Shown here: piece after piece, positions 62,701-64,000 of the stretch
How the letters are laid out: each line of letters starts with the position of its first letter
Numbering within the stretch: position 1 is the first letter of the stretch
From: Basidiobolus meristosporus CBS 931.73
Taxonomy: Eukaryota; Fungi; Basidiobolomycota
DNA: 64,000 nucleotides
Direction: 5' to 3'
NCBI GenBank assembly: GCA_002104905.1
Contig: MCFE01000132.1
Coordinates: 62,001 to 126,000, forward strand
The notes under the pieces: generated by a model
Told to the model about the DNA's origin: nothing
Database searches by the model: none
Seen by the model: only the letters and a program-made list of their open reading frames with translations
Position numbers and translations under genes: made by a program

Positions 62701-63074
62701 CAAACTGGCCTCACTGGTGACATCGAAGGCAAGCGTGTCGTCATCCAAGGTTTCGGCAATGTTGGCTACTGGGCCGCCAAGTTCTTCGAGGCCAACTGGA
62801 GCCAAGATTGTCGGTGTTGCTGACCAAGACTGCGGTATCTACAACGAGCAGGCATCAACATCGATGAGCTGCAAGAGTACAAGAGCGCCAAGGGTGTCCT
62901 TGGTGGCTACAGCTCTGGCACCATTGTCCCAAAGTCCATAGGCCTGTGAGGAGACCAGTATTACAGCCAATGAATTCGGCAACATCGACTACCGTACCGC
63001 TGCTATTGCCAATGCCATTCGCAAGATTGTCACCGTCTCGAAAGGATCTGACTCTCTTCACCATCCGCGGATAA
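62701..63074 (+). pseudogene. GDH: 5'-truncated, internally deleted GDH relic
   Basis: Starts abruptly at caaactggcctcactggtgac and has small indels. About 0.4 kb is missing between ..agtccat and aggcctgtgag, followed by a diverged GDH 3' end. Confidence 0.88.
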
Positions 63075-63660
63075 GCTTACTATAATAATTCTTGGGACGA
63101 CACTTACTGGTAGAATGTACATACAATGCGTCCCCTCGTGTCGAACATTCGTACAGCTTGAACTTTTGGAAAGTGCTCGTTAATAAATAATTCCATTCTA
63201 GCTGCTAAAGATTGATATGATTTTCTATACCCAATATGGCACTTTCGTCATTGTGCTGTCCGTAACGATGCTTACGTCTCATAAAATGTGGTCGATGCGA
63301 AGTCAAGTGAATATGGAGTTCGTAATTTCAACCTCAAGGCTGCTTGGATCTCCTAAATTGTAACACAAATGGTGGCTAATTTTGTATTGTAACTGATAAG
63401 ATCCGTAGAACACAATATTCGTCCACCAGCCTTGGATAGTGAGTAGGTTGCCATAAAAAGGAATCTTGATTTTATTCTACTGAATAGATGCGAGAGATGT
63501 TCACAAGATCACAAAGATCATCTCGGGAAAGGGCTCCTCATCTCTAGATAAATATTAGATGATCATTGGGATGCTAGACCTGGCTCCGATTTCCTCAAAA
63601 CAGTATAAAAGCTAGTAACCCTCGCCTTATAGTCATCAGCGGTCGCAATCATCAAATACT

Positions 63661-64000
63661 ATGGTTCTTACCACCTTACTTAAATCTGCTGGCTCATTAC
63701 GCAGCGCTGCCCCAAATGTTGTTAGAGCTCTTCCTGCCCTCAGGGGTATGAGCACTCATGCTAACGCTGCCTGCGAAGAGAGTGAACCCGCTTTCCTCGG
63801 CTGTGTTGAGCAGTTCTTCGACAAAGCTGCCGCTGTGAGTGGTGTCAAGTCTGAGACTCTTGCTGCCATCAAGAGAGTCGATGCTGTGCTCAGTGTCACC
63901 TTCCCCATCGAGCTCGAGAATGGCAAGACCGAGATTGTTCGTGGCTACCGTGCCCAGCACTCTCACCACCGTCTCCCGGTCAAGGGTGGCATCCGTTATG
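63661..64000 (+). CDS. GDH: Glutamate dehydrogenase copy G6, partial (runs off the window)
   Basis: Reads [45 protein letters not shown]..., with TATA at about 63604. Confidence 0.9.
   Translation, partial: MVLTTLLKSAGSLRSAAPNVVRALPALRGMSTHANAACEESEPAFLGCVEQFFDKAAAVSGVKSETLAAIKRVDAVLSVTFPIELENGKTEIVRGYRAQHSHHRLPVKGGIRY

Noticed and set aside
1-64000. tRNA, rRNA or CRISPR-like arrays
   Set aside because: No cloverleaf or T-loop context, rRNA signature or regularly spaced short repeat-spacer array was seen. All long repeats are LTRs or gene duplicates.

Overview
Eukaryotic, intron-containing DNA. It is probably from an early-diverging fungus (inferred from gene families and intron style; the taxon cannot be determined from the sequence alone). 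The window has two sharply different halves. (1) About 1-25,900 is a CpG-depleted block of nested transposons. It holds degenerate Ty1/copia and Ty3/gypsy elements, one nearly intact Ty3/gypsy element (8601-16011), and a Gag-protease-only non-autonomous relative (16303-19912). It also holds solo LTRs, two inverted-repeat elements and a CACTA-like transposase remnant. (2) About 25,950-64,000 is a CpG-normal gene region with two tandem arrays. The first array has seven secreted proteinase-K-like subtilisin genes interleaved with three intron-containing ATX1 copper-chaperone copies that the ORF track misses. Its layout is [psiATX1-S-S][ATX1-S-S][ATX1-S-S]-S. The second array has at least seven units of an intronless, mitochondrially targeted, animal/ciliate-type (antenna-bearing) glutamate dehydrogenase. 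Between the arrays lie a decayed D5-type SF3 primase-helicase gene of likely viral/Polinton-like origin and a single 9-exon stomatin-like protein 2 gene. In both arrays the mature coding sequence is homogenised while spacers and targeting peptides are diverged. Most frameshifts in the arrays look like consensus artefacts from collapsed paralogues. No rRNA, tRNA or CRISPR array was recognised.
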